Position numbers and translations under genes: made by a program. Shown here in pieces: positions 24,953 to 39,727 of a stretch of 64,000 nucleotides of DNA. Within the stretch, counting starts at the first letter, position 1. Each line of letters opens with the position of its first letter. The stretch comes from Octopus sinensis. Its lineage: Eukaryota. The notes beneath the pieces were generated by a model that was not told the origin of the DNA, did not search any database, and was given only the letters and a program-made list of their open reading frames with translations. The stretch is from contig NC_043006.1 in NCBI RefSeq assembly GCF_006345805.1, forward strand, positions 42,594,001 through 42,658,000. Reading direction: 5' to 3'.

Positions 24953-26787
24953 TGACTAAGGTTTGATGGAAGATTTTAATTCAAAACTTTTGAAAACAAG
25001 ACATTTGTATTACAGAGCCAGAGACAGTTTCAGCTGGGTTACTCTCTTTACTCTTTTACTTGTTTCAGTCATTTGACTGCAGCCATGCTGGAGCACCACC
25101 TTTAATCGAGCAACTCGACCCCGGGACTTATTCTTTGTAAGCCCAGTACTTATTCTATTGGTCTCTTTTGCCGAACCGCTAAGTGACGGGGACATAAACA
25201 CACCAGCATCGGTTGTCAAGCAATACTAGGGGGACAAACACAGACACACAAACACACACACGCATATATATACATATATACAACGGGCTTCTTTCAGTTT
25301 CCGTCTACCAAATCCACTCACAAGGCTTTGGTCGGCCCGAGGCTATAGTAGAAGACACTTGCCCAAGGTACCACACAGTGGGACTGAACCCGGAACCATG
25401 TGGCTGGTAAGCAAGCTACTTACCACACAGCCACTCCTGGGTTGGTAATGAAAGGGTTAAGAATTGTTTCTCTATTATATATTTTAACCTTTTTGTTGAG
25501 ATGTTTCACATTTCTTTCAATTAATTTTAAATATAATAAAGAATCTAATAAAATAACTTAGTTATCATTAAGCTAGTGTTAGGAACATAAATTGTGACTA
25601 AGGTTTGGTGGAAGATTTTAATTCAAAACTTATGAAAACAAGACATTTGTACTACAAAGCCAGAACTGGTTTCAGCCGGGTTGGCAACAAAAGGATTATG
25701 ATGACCAACCAACCAAAAATAAGCATTATTAGTAGAGATCTACTTATCACAGAATAATATTGCTTTAATGTTGGAAATATACTTTTGGTTGTATCAGTAA
25801 CATCAGTTAATGTTTCATAGGAATGATATTACAAATTTCTTGGTGTTTATACAATATAATGAAAATTAATCTAATTTTTAAAATATTAAGATTTATTAAG
25901 TTAAAACAAGATTAAATAAAACATACTATTCTTTGTTGCAATAAATATTGTCATCGTTAAATATAATACTGTTTAATTAATACTCTGATAAGGGAGTGCA
26001 AAGAAAGTGTTTCACAAGAATTCCAGAATTTTCTCCTAAGCTATATTTTTACTAAGTAAATTAAATATGCAAATTTTTGCTTTTCCTGTTCAGTTTCTCT
26101 CATTTTGTTGTTCCATGAAGCAATTATTTGGAAGCCTTTACACATGCTTGGCAGCCACATGGTTTTGGGATCTATCTTACTGCATGGCGCCTTGGTTGAC
26201 ACGTGCCTTATAAATGAATTTGGTAGATGGAAATTGTGTAAAAGCCTGTCACATGTATGTATGCATATATAATCCATCGTCCAGGTGATGGAAACCTCTG
26301 AAGAAAAAACCTGAGGAGTGTTGTTCTTGGTATTGCGACTCATATGTGCACCATATTCTTGCTATCGTCACTTCCAAAATGTGTGGCTAGTTCTACACAA
26401 GCCTTCAACACTCAAATGAAATCATATGTGTGGATTTTCTGATAATTTACATTTATTTATTCAATATGGCATAGCTCAAAAAATCCTCAGGTGAGAGAGT
26501 GAAAGTGGCTGGGACAGGTAAAGGATATAACTGGAATTCATTTGCTGGATCTCTACACAGTTGGTGACCATTCGGTGATGACCGTTCCAGCACAGAACTT
26601 GCGAGTAACTGTGCTGTCCATGTTCCCCAGTGATAACGATGCAAGTCTATTTAGACACAGCACCACTTTCTCCAACAAGAGGAGGGGTGAGAAAAGGAGC
26701 CCCAAACATTGCTTATCCACCTTAAACTTGTCAGCCCGCTGTAGCTGTTTGGTTATTCAGTAACACAGCTGAAACACGAAGAAATCT

Positions 26788-28889
26788 ATGAATATTAACC
26801 ATAGCTCTTGGAATGTGTGTACTCTTCAAGACAGTCAGTACCAGAATGAAAAAACAGCACTGGTTGCCCTTAACTAAAGAAATACAGCCTTGTCTTGCAG
26901 GATCATTACAGTTAGAAAAAAGTAAATCATCATCATCATCATCATTGTTTAACGTCCGTTTTCCGTGCTAGCATGGGTTGGACGGTTCAACCAGGGTCTG
27001 GGAAGCCAGGAGGCTGCACCAGGCTCCAGTCTGATCTGGCAGCGTTTCTACAGCTGGATGCCCTTCCTAATGCCAACCACTCCGTGAGTGTAGTAGGTGC
27101 TTTTTACATGCCACCGGCACAGGTGCCAGGGGAGGCTGGCAACAGCCACGATCAGTTGGTGCTTTTTACGTGCCACCGGCATGGAAGCCAACCAAGGTGG
27201 CGCTGGCATCAGCCACATACGGATGGTGCTTTTAACGTGTTGGTGGATACATATTTTTCTGGTGTGGAAGAAATGAAGACGAGCCATGTCACTCTGGTGT
27301 TGGTTTTGCCATCAAAACAGAAATAGCTAGATCCATTCTTTCTCTACCCAAAGTTATTTCTTATTTCTTTATTGCCCACAAGGGGCTGAACATAGAGGGG
27401 ACAAACAAGGACAGACAAAGGGATTAAGTTAATTACATCGACCCTAGTGTGCAACTGGTATTTAATTTATCGACCCCGCAAGGACAAAATGCAAAGTCGA
27501 CCTTGGCGGAATTTGAACTCAGAACGTAAAGACAGACGAAATACCGCTAAGCATTTCACCCGGCATGCTAACTCCTCTGCCAGCTAACCGCCTTGGGTAT
27601 TTCTGATTGCATCATGACATGAATGTTGGAACTTGATCACAGCATTCATGCTATGCTTGTCAGTTGCTATGCCCCAACCATGGTCAGCACTGAGCAGGAA
27701 AAGGATGAATTTTACAACCAACTCTGTGATGTCATCTCCAGTTGTCACTATAGAGATAAACTTATCCTAATGAGTGACTAACACTCGTGTTGGTACTGAC
27801 AATCAGGCATGGGAGGACATACTTGGTTGCCATGGTGTAGTTCAAATGAACTCCAGCAATCTGCATGTGCTCTCCATCTGCAAGGAATTCAGTCTAAGCA
27901 CCACAAATATCCTTTTTCAACATCAAAGTTGTTGTAAGACGACCTGGATGCATCCTAGATCTAAGGATTGGCATCTCGTAGACTATGTTATCACTAGGGA
28001 CTTTAGCATTACACATTGCTTTCATAACACCTGCTATCTCTCTGACCATTCTCTTCTCCATAGGAAGGCTACATTCCATCTGACACATACAAGACTACCA
28101 AAGCCATCAGTGTCTAAGCACATTAATGTTCTGCTATTGAAAACTGTTGAAAAGCAGGCTGAGCTCTTTAATCAAGTTGGACCATGCACTCAACACTGGT
28201 GATCTCAATGATGACATAGAATCATCTTGGAAGGCTCTGCATGATGCAACACACTCTACATCTGTAGAGGTTCTTAGACTTCTTGTTCATAAACATCAAG
28301 ATTGGTTCAACAATAACAACACAGATGTCCAACAGTTGATAGATAAAGTGCACAGTTCTCGCAAAAGATGGATAAATGATAAGAGCTCATCTAGAAAAGA
28401 GAATGCTTATAAGAAATGCAAAGGCCAAGTCCAACGTGCTCTGAGACAGATGAAGGAGGCTTAGTGGTCTTCCAAGAAGCTGCAGACAGAGAAGATTCTA
28501 AAGCCTTTTATGATGGCCTCAAGAAAGTGTATGGTCCTCAAGAGCATGGTGTTGCTCCTGTTTTTTCATCGGATAGAAAGACACTGCTGACTGACAAATC
28601 CGACATCCTAAAATGATGGAAAGATCACTTTGAAGCCGTGTTGAACACCACCTCAGTCACTAATGACATTGTCATAATGTCTGTTCCATAGCATACTGTA
28701 ATACCAGAACTGTCTCTGGAGCCAACCTTTCTGGAAATGGTAAACTCTATTAAACAGATCTCTTCTGGTAAAATGCCTGGCAGGAATACTGTCCCTCCTG
28801 AAATCTACAAACATGGTGGACAGAAGCTTTTTAAGAAACTGCATGACCTCTTCATAAACATTTGGAAGTTAGACCATGTACCACAGGAC
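26788..28889 (+). mobile_element. RTE-BovB-type LINE relic (APE endonuclease to start of RT), interrupted by two insertions
   Basis: Translations: SWNVCTLQD; YIFFWCGRNEDEPCHSGVGFAIK; VSCYAPTM..KDEFY; TTWMHPRSKDWHLVDYVITR; DSKAFYDGLKKVYGP; GKMPGRNTVPPEIYKHGG. Stops and frameshifts are present. Insertions at 26926-27240 and 27361-27595. A possible 5'UTR extends back to about 26450. Confidence 0.92.
27361..27595 (-). mobile_element. tRNA-derived SINE, family B
   Basis: Minus-strand head GGCGGTTAGCTGGCAGAG..GAGTTCAAATTCC, tail GCCCCTTGTGGGCAATAAAGAAATA. Other copies at about 5290-5500, 8020-8235, 9330-9520, 28889-29005 and 59865-60690 (split). Confidence 0.8.
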
Positions 28890-29452
28890 TTTGCCTTTCA
28901 TCCTTTCAGGGTCGATAAATTAAGTACCAGTTACATACTGGGGCCACTCTAATCGACTGGCCCCCTCCCCCAATATTTCGGGCCTTGTGCCTAGAGTAGA
29001 AAAGAAGCACCCAGCACACTCTGTTAACTGGTTGGTGTCAGGAAGGGCAACCAACCATAGAAAGCCATGCAAAAAACATACATGGAGCCTGAACAGCCCT
29101 TCCCAACCCATGCCAGCATGGAAAACGGACGTTAAATGATGATGACGATGATGTGCATACTGCACCACATACAAACTCAGTGTCAACACAGAGAAGGAAA
29201 ACTCTCAATATGCATTATGTACAGTGTGCACATTTGCAAACACTTCATGTTCATGTTAGTCTCAGTACAAATTCTTTTTTAAACACACACACAGGTGCAG
29301 GAGTGGCTATGTGGTAAGTAGCTTGCTTACCAACCACATGGTTCCAGGTTCAGTCCCACTTCGTGGCACCTTGGGCAAGTGTCTTTTACTATAGCCTCAG
29401 GCTGACCAAAGCCTTGTGAGTGGATTTGGTAGACGGAAACTGAAAGAAGCCC

Positions 29453-30217
29453 GTGGTGAAGTACGACCATCAAACATTAGGCCTCACCAAGGAAATGACT
29501 AGCAACCGAGACCTTTGGAAATACGCTGTGCTCAAGAAAACCCGGCAAGCCAGATGAAACCATAACCCGTGGCCTATGCCAGGAGCATAACCAGCCCGCT
29601 TATGCGTAGCTTTTCCTTCTTTGGTCACTAAACTTTGCTTGCGAAGACCTGTTGAGGCAAATAAAATGAAATCAAAATCAAAATCAAAATCAAAATCACT
29701 TCGATGACTGGCATCTGTGCTAGCAGGGTACAAGGAGCACCACACAAGTGTGATCGTTGACAGAGCGGCTATTCGAGTATGATCGTTACCAGCGTCGCCT
29801 TACTGGCACTTATGCCTGTGCTAGTAGGGTGCCAAGAACACCATCTGAGCATGATCGTTGTGATCGTTGCCAGAGCAGCCAACTGGCTTCCGTACCCATG
29901 GCATGTAAAAGAGCACCATTCGAGCGTGATCATTACCAACGTCGCTTCACTGGCACCTGTGTCGGTGGCACGTGTAAAAAGATTCGAGTGAGGTCATTGC
30001 CAGTACCGCCTGACTGGCCCCCGTGCAGGTGGCATGTAAAAAGGACCCACTACACTTTCGGAGAGGTTGGCATTAGGAAGGGCATCCAGCTGTAGAAACT
30101 CTGCCAGATCAAGACTGGAGCCTTGTGCAGCCATCTGGTTGCCAGCCCTCAGTCAAAACCATCCAACCCATGCTAGCATGGAAAACGGACGTTAAATGAT
30201 GATGATGATGATGATGA
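29453..30217 (+). mobile_element. RTE-like LINE 3' end with long repetitive 3'UTR and (GAT)n tail (family D)
   Basis: VVKYDHQTLGLTKEMTSNRDLWKYAVLKKTRQAR*, then tandem ~45-bp units and GGACGTTAAAT(GAT)n. Truncated copies lie at about 4655-5135, 5645-5945, 16180-16545, 26926-27240, 32740-33065, 34350-34630, 36720-36900, 45350-45580 and 50250-50475. Confidence 0.8.
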
Positions 30218-30559
30218 TAATGTATGTATATGTTTGTGTGTCTATGTTTGTTCTCCCAACATCGCTTGACAACCGATGCTGGTGTGTTTATGTCCCCGTA
30301 ATTTAGCGGTTCGGCAAAAGAGACCAATAGAATAAATGTTAGGCTTACAAAGAGTAAGTACTGGGGTTGATTTGCTTGACTAAAAGAGAGTAAAAGAGTA
30401 ATACACACACACACACACACACATGTGCATACATTTTACAGGCACACATGCCTCACGTCTGATAGACACTGTCTTACAAATCTACAAGCAGACAGATGTT
30501 TATAACACAGAAGAAGCACACAAACACAAGCTGAGAACTTACACGACACAATACTCAAT

Positions 30560-30810
30560 GCCTAAACTCTGTAGTGCAAAATATCAACAGAAGTGGCGTA
30601 ACCTTACTGATACACGGATACTGTTTAACACACATACACAAACACATACATGCCTACACACACATTCATACACACATACATCTATGCACAAACATCTACA
30701 CACATGCATACACAAGCGCATGTGCGCACACACACACACATAACCACACACACACACACACATCTGCACATATGCAGACACACATACGCATGCACACACA
30801 CTCACACATG

Positions 30811-30856
<46 letters not shown>

Positions 30857-31622
30857 CAAAATCCAGACATCCAGAACCCAATTCCGTCATCATTCTTGTT
30901 CAAACCAATCTGAGTCAGACATCCCCCACTCCGCAAGCAACCATCGCTACCAACAACAGGAGCCACACCACCAACTGCCACTGCCACCGCCGCCACCACC
31001 ACCACCACCACCACCACCACCACTGCCATCACCACTATCACTACCACCACCACCATCAACACCATCACCATCACCACCACCACCATCACCACCTCCAGCC
31101 CCTCAAGCATCAACCTGACAATAATGGACATGACTAATAAATAACGCACATGGCAGATGAAGGTGGACGGAGGGGAGGGGGAGCAAGAATTATCTGAAAG
31201 CTAGGGGAGAGGAAGTGGTGAAGGCGGTGGTGGCGGAGGTGTTCAGCGGGGGGGGGTATGGGTTGGGAAAAGGAGGGGGGGTCGATGTGTAAGTCAGGGT
31301 CCCACTAAAGCAGCCAACCCTTCATCTTTTTCCTTTTTTTCCAAGGGTTTTCTTTGGTTTCCAGGTTTTTATTCTCTGCCCTCCCCCACCTCTCCTCGCT
31401 CTCATTGTTGCTGTTGCTGTTGTTGTTGTCGTGGTAGAAGGGAATTATTGTCAATAAAGGTCTAGATGTCATATAAATACATCTGATAGATAAATTCATC
31501 TATAAGATGAAGAAAAAACTCAAATACAAATTTCCTTATAATCATCAGCATCATCATCATCATCATCATCATCATTGTCAGTGTTGTTGTTCTTTATTGT
31601 TGTTGTTGTTATTATTATTATT

Positions 31623-31695
<73 letters not shown>

Positions 31696-31830
31696 CATTA
31701 TTATTATTATTTGAATCACCATAATTTTTATTACTATTTTATTATTGTCATTATTTTTATCATTTATTATTATTTGGCAAATAAAAGAAATTAATATTAC
31801 TATTTTATTATTATTATTATTATCATCATT
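30560..31830. repeat. (AC)n, (ACC/CAT)n, G-rich and (ATT)n simple-repeat cluster
   Basis: Direct reading. Confidence 0.9.
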
Positions 31831-32505
31831 GTGTTGGTATTTTTTCTGCTATTTTTTTCCCTTCTTTTCCCTCCATTTTCTTTCTGATGATGAACAGATA
31901 AAAAAAAATGTAGAGACAAGGAGAGGGAATGAGACAGAATGAAAGAGAGAGAGAGAGAGGGCAAGAAAGGATGAGGGTGAGATGCTACTGAGGGCATGGA
32001 ATGGTCTATATCCCTCATATTGTGACATGGAATGCCTACAACAAAGTCATTTTTTTCCCCACCCCGTTTTGTTTCATTTTGCTTCCTCTTATTTCTTGGC
32101 AATTTTCTGTCTCTCTGCCTATTCTCTGAATCCATCAACAGGATTCCTTAACAACCTAACGTTTACCATTCCCACCATCAATACCATGGTTCACCATAAC
32201 CTTCACAATCACATCTACCACCACCACCACCACCACCACTATCACCGCCGCCAATATTGTAGCCACCAACCATCACAGACCCAACACAAGTAGAAGAACA
32301 CCAGTAAAAGAACGCAAAATTTGCCAAAAATGTTTAATCATAGATGCCCCGACTTATCTGAGAGATCTTTTCACCAAATTCAAACTCATACATGTGTGTG
32401 TGTGTGTGTGTCTGTGAGTATAAGTGATTGATAAATGTATGCATATACAACCCTATATATGTATGTTTACATATACATCTGTATGTGTACATATATGTGT
32501 ATGTA

Positions 32506-32545
<40 letters not shown>

Positions 32546-32570
32546 CACATATACATACATATACATATAT

Positions 32571-32623
<53 letters not shown>

Positions 32624-33109
32624 ATATATATATGCATGTGGGTGTATGTGTGTATATACACATGTATAAATACACATATTTATATGTTTATATATTTATA
32701 CATTACATTACATTATATTCATGTGTGTGTGTCACCTTACTGGCACTTACTGCCAGTATCATGTGAAAAAACATTCGAGCAAGGTTGTTGCCAGTGCTGC
32801 TGGACTGGCTCCTGTGCAGGGGTCACGTAAAAACACCATTTGAGTGTGCCTGTTGCCAGTACCGCCTGACTGGCCCTCATGCCGGTGGCACATAAAAGCA
32901 CCAACTACACTCTTGGAAGGGTTGGTATTAGGAAGGGCATCCAGCTGTAGAAACTCTGCCAGATTAGCTTGGAGCCTGGTGCAGCCATCTGGTTTGCCAG
33001 TCCCCAGTCAAACCTACCAACCCATGCCAGCATGGAAAGCGGATGTTAAACGATGATAATGATGATGATTATATATATACATACATACATATATATACAT
33101 ACATACATA

Positions 33110-33275
33110 CGTACATGTGCCAGAGGGCGCACACTCTCCTACCCTGATGTAATCTCCAGGGATACAGGCATCCAGCAACAGGATCTCCGTAATGCCATGA
33201 TGGACCGTGAAGTCTGGCGTAGCATGGTAAATTCCATTGTCTCGACCACGGTTGAACAATGATGATGGTGATGTA
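33110..33275 (+). mobile_element. RTE-type LINE 3' stub
   Basis: RGRTLSYPDVISRDTGIQQQDLRNAMMDREVWRSMVNSIVSTTVEQ* followed by a (TGA)n tail. Confidence 0.65.
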
Positions 33276-33576
33276 TGTGTGTGTGTGTGTAAGTGTGTGT
33301 GTATACCTATATAGGTGTAAATGAACAAACACAACTCCTATCACACGCACACACATATTTTTCTATTCTTATACTTATTTCAGTCATTTGACTGTAGCCA
33401 TGCTGGAGCACCACTTTTTATTTGAACAAACTGACCCCTGGACTTATTCTTTGTAAGCCTCGTAATTATTTTATTGGTACCTTTTTTATTGGTAACTGCT
33501 AAGTTACAGCGACCCAAACACACCAACACCAGTTGTTGAGCAACGGTGGGGTGGGTGGACAAACACAGACACACAA

Positions 33577-33633
<57 letters not shown>

Positions 33634-34644
33634 AATTAGAAATAAAACACCTTTTATCAATTCAATAATGAAAAATTAAATTATACCATTTAGAAAAATT
33701 ATAGAAAGATTAAATATAAGATAAAACAAATAACAATGATTAAGTAATGTGCAAAATAATAAATAAAACGTATATATTTGATAGAACAACGGCACGTGTG
33801 TCGTGGCTATATTTAAGAAATGATAATAGTAAGTTTGAAATAATATTCCCTCATATTATTATTATTATTATATATACATATATATATATACGACGGGCTT
33901 CTTTCAGTTTCTATCTACCAAATCCACTCACAAGGCTTTGGTTGGTCCAAGGCTATAGTAGAAGACACTTGCCCAAGTTGCCATGCAGTAGGACTGAACC
34001 CAGAACCAATGTGGTTGGGAAGCAAGCTTCTTAACACACATCCATGCCTGTGCTTACATGAAATATATATATATGAGTATATATATATGTATATCATCAA
34101 CATCATCATCATCGTCATCATTGTCGTTTAACCCTTTTGTTACTGTATTTATTTTGAGATGCTCTGTGTTTCTTCCAATTACTTTAAATATAATAAAGAA
34201 TTTAGTAAAATAACTTAGTTATCATTCAGCTGGTGTTAGGTACGTGAATTGTGACTAAGGTTTGATAGAAAATTTCAATTCAAAACTTATGAAAACAAGA
34301 CATTTGTACAAAAGAGCCAGAGCTGGTTTCAGCCGTGTTGGTAATGAAAGGCATGGGTTGGACGGTTTGACTGATGACTGGCAAGCCAGAAGACTGTATC
34401 AGGCTCCAGTCTGATCTGGCAAGGTTTCTACAGCTGGATGCCCTTCCTCATGCCAACCACTCTGAGTGTGTAGTGGGTACTTTTTACATTCCACATAGGC
34501 GGTACTAGAATCCACATTCAACATAGGCAGTACTAGCATCTACCATGCTCAAATAATGCTTTTTGCGTGCCACCAGCATGGAAGCCAGTCAGGCAGTACT
34601 GTCAATGACCACACTCGAATGGTACTTTTTACATGCATACTCTC

Positions 34645-34677
<33 letters not shown>

Positions 34678-36889
34678 CATCATCATCATCATCATCATTA
34701 GTTAATGTCTGTTTTCTATGTTGGCATGAGTCAGATTGCATGCGAGTGTATGGATGTTTGTGAGTCTTTGTCTTGACATTGTGTCATAGTTGTAAATGAG
34801 CATCCATGTTATACAAGCAGTGTCATTCATTTCCACTATTCTGGGAGAACATATCTGGCCATGGGTAGTATATTACCTTTCTATGAAACCGGTAAGGGCT
34901 AGCTACAGATAGAGCACCCCCCTGTAGAAAATTAGCTGTAGTAAATTGTCTCAGACCTATGCAAGCATGGATAAAGTGCTAAATTAGTCCTGTTTATAAA
35001 GGTGCACTATTTCTCAATTCAAAACTTATGAAAACAAGACATTTGTACTACAGAGCCAAAGCCGGTTTCATCCGGGTTGGTATCGAAAGGGTTAAATTGA
35101 CCATATCCGGCCAAAATGTTCCACTTGTTTTATGCTCAAACTGGCTGGATGTGGCCTCTCACACCTACCTTATTATGTCATAGAAAAATAAACAATCACA
35201 TCATCAAAATCTCAAAAGCTTTGAGTTAATATATAATAGATTCAAACTATGAATAACCAAGCATTACATTTGACAGACTAAGCTGAATTCTAAAGGGTTA
35301 ACGTTATAGAGAACAAACATACGTGCTAATAATCATTGTACATGCTTATTTTTTGCATCAGTTTGGCCCAAAATAATGTTATTTATCATTATATATATAT
35401 ATATATATATATATATAGCTAAAGAGATCTGACAAAGATGCACCATATAAATAAGAAACATGTGTGGGTAGAGTAAAAGTGTCTTTAAGACTCCAAAGGG
35501 AAAACAAAAAACAAAACAAACAAGCAAAGAAACATATAGGTGTCTAACATCATGAAGAACTGTCTTTTTTTTTTTTGAGTGTGAGAAGAATACAAGAAGA
35601 ATATTCTTTATAACTTTATTCATTTCCTCTCTAAACTTATAAGATTTTAAAAAAAATTATTATCAATTGTAAAAAATAAGAAATAAAGTAAGGAAAAACT
35701 ACATTGGTGTATATTATCTATAATCAATTTTTATTTTATTCTGTTGAAATTTATTATTGTTTTTTTTTTTCTTGGAATTTTATTTCATTATTTTTTTCTA
35801 AAACTCACATATCATCTCATGTAGCATTGTTATTTTGAACGGAACTGATACAAATATATTAACACAATTTTATAATTTTAAACGCAAGCTAACAATTACC
35901 AGTTGCAGTGATGCATGTATGCAACCTTAATAGATAATTGAATAAAAAAAAAATAGATTAAGCATACCATTATTTGTTTCTTTAATTTAAAGAATTTTTT
36001 TTTCAAATTCCATAAAGGTAAATAAATTTTGTAAAATTCGGGAAAATTACATATTTCTCTCTATAAAAGAATTGACTATAAACCTGAATACATTAAAAAA
36101 AAAACATACAAAAAGCATACATAAATACATGTGCAAATACACACACACATGCACACACACATATACACACACACACACACGTACACATGCACATGTATAT
36201 ATGCATGCACATGTACACACACGCACATACATGTGTGCACATGCACGCACACACAGACACACGCACACACACAGACACACAAACACACAATCACTCATAG
36301 ACGTAAAAATCCAAGTTTTATTTGCTTCATTCATGGAGGGGAAAATGTAATTTTCTGAATTTTATACAAATTTTCTCTCCTGGAATTTGAAAAAACAAAC
36401 TTATGGCATGGTTAATTTATTTTTTATTCACTGATCTATTAAGGTTGTATATGTGTTTTCGTCCTTTACACCTCATCTGTATAGCTGCTAACTTTTGTCT
36501 TGTATTTAAAATCATAAAATCGTATGAAGTGCATTACCATGTAACTCTAGCTCATAGAATCATTGTAGCTCTTCACAAGTGAAATAACCATGTATCTCTC
36601 CTACAGCAAGACCCATGTTCCTGCCTCTCTATTATATTTTAACCTCTCATCACCTGATATAAAGCCTCTGCTCTCAATACTACTCCTCATCTCAACTGAA
36701 GGATCTTACTTTCCAAGTTATTAGGTGACCTCACTAGTGCAGGTGCCACATTGTAAAGTGTGGTTGGCACTAGGAAAGGCATCCAGTTGTAGAAACCATG
36801 CCGAAACAGTCATTGGAGCATTGGTGCTGTCCTCTGGTTCTCCAGCCCCTATCAAACCACCCAACCCATGCCAGCATGGAAAACAGGGG

Positions 36890-37106
36890 TTAAATGGTGA
36901 TGATAGTGGTGGTGGTGGTGGTGGTTGTGATGGTGGTGGTAATGATGGTGATGACGATGATGAGGATGATGATGATGATGATGGTAGTGATGATGATGGC
37001 GATGATGGTAGTGGTGATAATGGCAATAGTGGTGGTGATGATGATGATGATGGTGGTGGTGGTGATGATGGCGATGATGGTGGTGATATGATGGCAATGG
37101 CAGTAG

Positions 37107-37150
<44 letters not shown>

Positions 37151-37252
37151 GTTATGATGATGGCAATGATGGCGATGATGGTGGTGATGATGCTGGTGAT
37201 ATGATGGCGATGGTGGTGGTGGTGCGGATTATGATGATGACAATGATGATGT

Positions 37253-37284
<32 letters not shown>

Positions 37285-37320
37285 GCGACAATGATGCCAC
37301 CGATGACAATGACTCCACTA
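36890..37320. repeat. (GAT/GGT)n cryptically simple trinucleotide tract
   Basis: Direct reading. Grows out of the (GAT)n tail of a family D copy. Confidence 0.9.
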
Positions 37321-37409
37321 TATGCATTGAGTTCTATTCCTCCTCTTTGTAAAAACAAACTTACGGACATACACACACACAAAAACACAAATACTCCTAC
37401 AAATATATA

Positions 37410-37447
<38 letters not shown>

Positions 37448-37918
37448 TGTATGTATGTATATGAGATATACACTAACTTAACAAAGTATATCTGAAATCA
37501 TCTCAATGTCAAAAGCAATTCACAAAAGTGCTCAACAAAAACTATCAAGTATTTGTAGGTATTTTGGGGCTATGACATTTTATAATAGGAGTGAAATACT
37601 GGAAGAAAAATCCAGCATGCCATATTATATTTAATATAATATATCAAATGCTATATAAATATGACACATCATAAACCACACACACACACACATCCAATGC
37701 ATATACACACACAATGTACACATGCACACACACACATACATACAATGCATATACACACACACAAACACATACATACATACAATGCATATGCACACACACA
37801 ATGCACACATATATGCATACATAAATACATACAATATATATACACACAATGTACACATACACACACACAAATACACACACATACATACATACAATGCATA
37901 TACACACAATACACACAT

Positions 37919-37966
<48 letters not shown>

Positions 37967-38176
37967 CTTTGATTTTAAAACTTAAATTACTTTTAAAATG
38001 GAAAGTAACTTTTGAACCTCACTGTCATTTGTGTGTGTGTGTGTGTGTTTGCATGTTTGTGCACGTGCATACATGAGAGCACGTGTGATTGTGTGCATGT
38101 ATTACACTTGATAATGTTTTCTCTAAATTCTGTTGTGTGTGTCCCTCCCCACCCTCTCTCTCTCTTTCTCTCTCTC

Positions 38177-38224
<48 letters not shown>

Positions 38225-39693
38225 CCAAAGATATTGCACCAATATTTTTGAAAGTAATTTTGTTTTGAATTTAGTCTTTATACAGCGCAACCTTCACTCA
38301 AGGATAGGTGCTGGCTTCCTTTTTATAGCTATATTGAGTGAAAAATAAATTAATTTCATGTTTAATTTGCTCAAAATTTTCCAAATAAATGTATTGACAA
38401 GTAAAATAATTGACAAACTTGTAATGCTATGTTTAATTTACTCAAATTTCTGAAAATAAATGTACTTAACAAACAAAATAATTAACAAATTTAAAATTTT
38501 CCAGATAAATGTATTTAACAAATAAAATTGTTGACAAACTCAGAAAATATGGAACAGTTTAAAAATTTAATTAAAAGTGCTTTGAAGATTGTACTCTTCT
38601 TTTGTATAATGCTTTCATCATTTGGTTTTTAGTCATGTTCTTCATGATAACTCGCCTTTCTCCAGCAATTGAAGAAATCAACAGATCATTTTACAACTTG
38701 AAACAATTCAACCCCTAGTCCCTGGTTTAAATCAACTTTTTTGTCTTTTTGATTTTTTTACTAGGTTGAAACTGGGCCAGGACAAGCCCTCATCTGTGAA
38801 AGCAAAAGGAAACACATAGTTCTTATTGAGGGATACCACAAACTTCTTCAGTTTTTGCAGTCTTTCAGAAAGGAGTTGGCAGTTACATAATCCACTGAAC
38901 AATAGAGAGCGGTGTGGGATTATTATTTCCTAAGCCTCTAAGCTTCCAGTGGGACAAGGAAGTAAGGCTGTACATATGTCTTTGTACTTTACAAATCATC
39001 TGTGTAGCAAGTAAATGGTGACTTGCATTTAGAACTATATAGTTGTATAAAGTGCATAGGCCTTAGAATCAGTGTAGCTCTTCACTTGATAGTCTCTAGA
39101 TGTAAAGGAGTCCTCTTTCTCTGGACATAAAGGAGTCCAAATATTGATTATGACATTTTGAAGCCCGTTGAAGCAAGCTCTACACAGTACACAATATAGA
39201 TGTATTTTTCGTTATGGCATGAAATGGTGATAGCAATGTTGGCAAATATAGCTCACCTTAACATTATGAGCATTGAAAAGTTTGTGGTATTTGTGTGTGG
39301 TGGGGAAGTGGCACCTTATGAGAGTCAGAAAGTTCTTTAAATATTAGTAGTGATATCTAAGTTATGAAATGCATCAAGCTGGATGACTTTCTGTTTCTTG
39401 GCTCACTTTAGATCTACAATGGATGAAGAGGGATACTTCAATTAGATTGACATCTCCTTAAAGATTCAACTTCTAGAGCTTCAATATAGTATGGTACACT
39501 CTGCATAAAACCAAACACTTCCATAACAGTACACACACTATTCCCATGCCCATCTCTGTCCACAGAGATTGCCACGAAGAACCATCCTCCCTTCCTAACT
39601 CCCCTCCATGGAATCACATTTCCACTCCATCACTAACCCTATTTATTATTCTTTCCAACCACTTTTTCCTTATATTTTTTTATTTATTATTTT

Positions 39694-39727
39694 TTTCTGA
39701 TGAAGGACTAACACCTGAAATGTCAAA
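39694..39727 (+). ncRNA. Decayed hammerhead motif, family H4
   Basis: TTT-CTGATGA-AGG-actaaca-CCT-GAAAT-GTC-AAA. Confidence 0.5.

Noticed and set aside
27774-28952. Host protein-coding exons (ORFs 27774, 28147, 28416, 28737)
   Set aside because: They are frameshifted pieces of the RTE-BovB LINE.
31150-31290. Functional G-quadruplex or promoter
   Set aside because: G-runs are embedded in a simple-repeat cluster with no other promoter evidence.
32160-32400. Exon encoding ...KICQKCLIIDAPTYLRDLFTKF
   Set aside because: Short, flanked by microsatellites, no convincing donor site and no family recognised.
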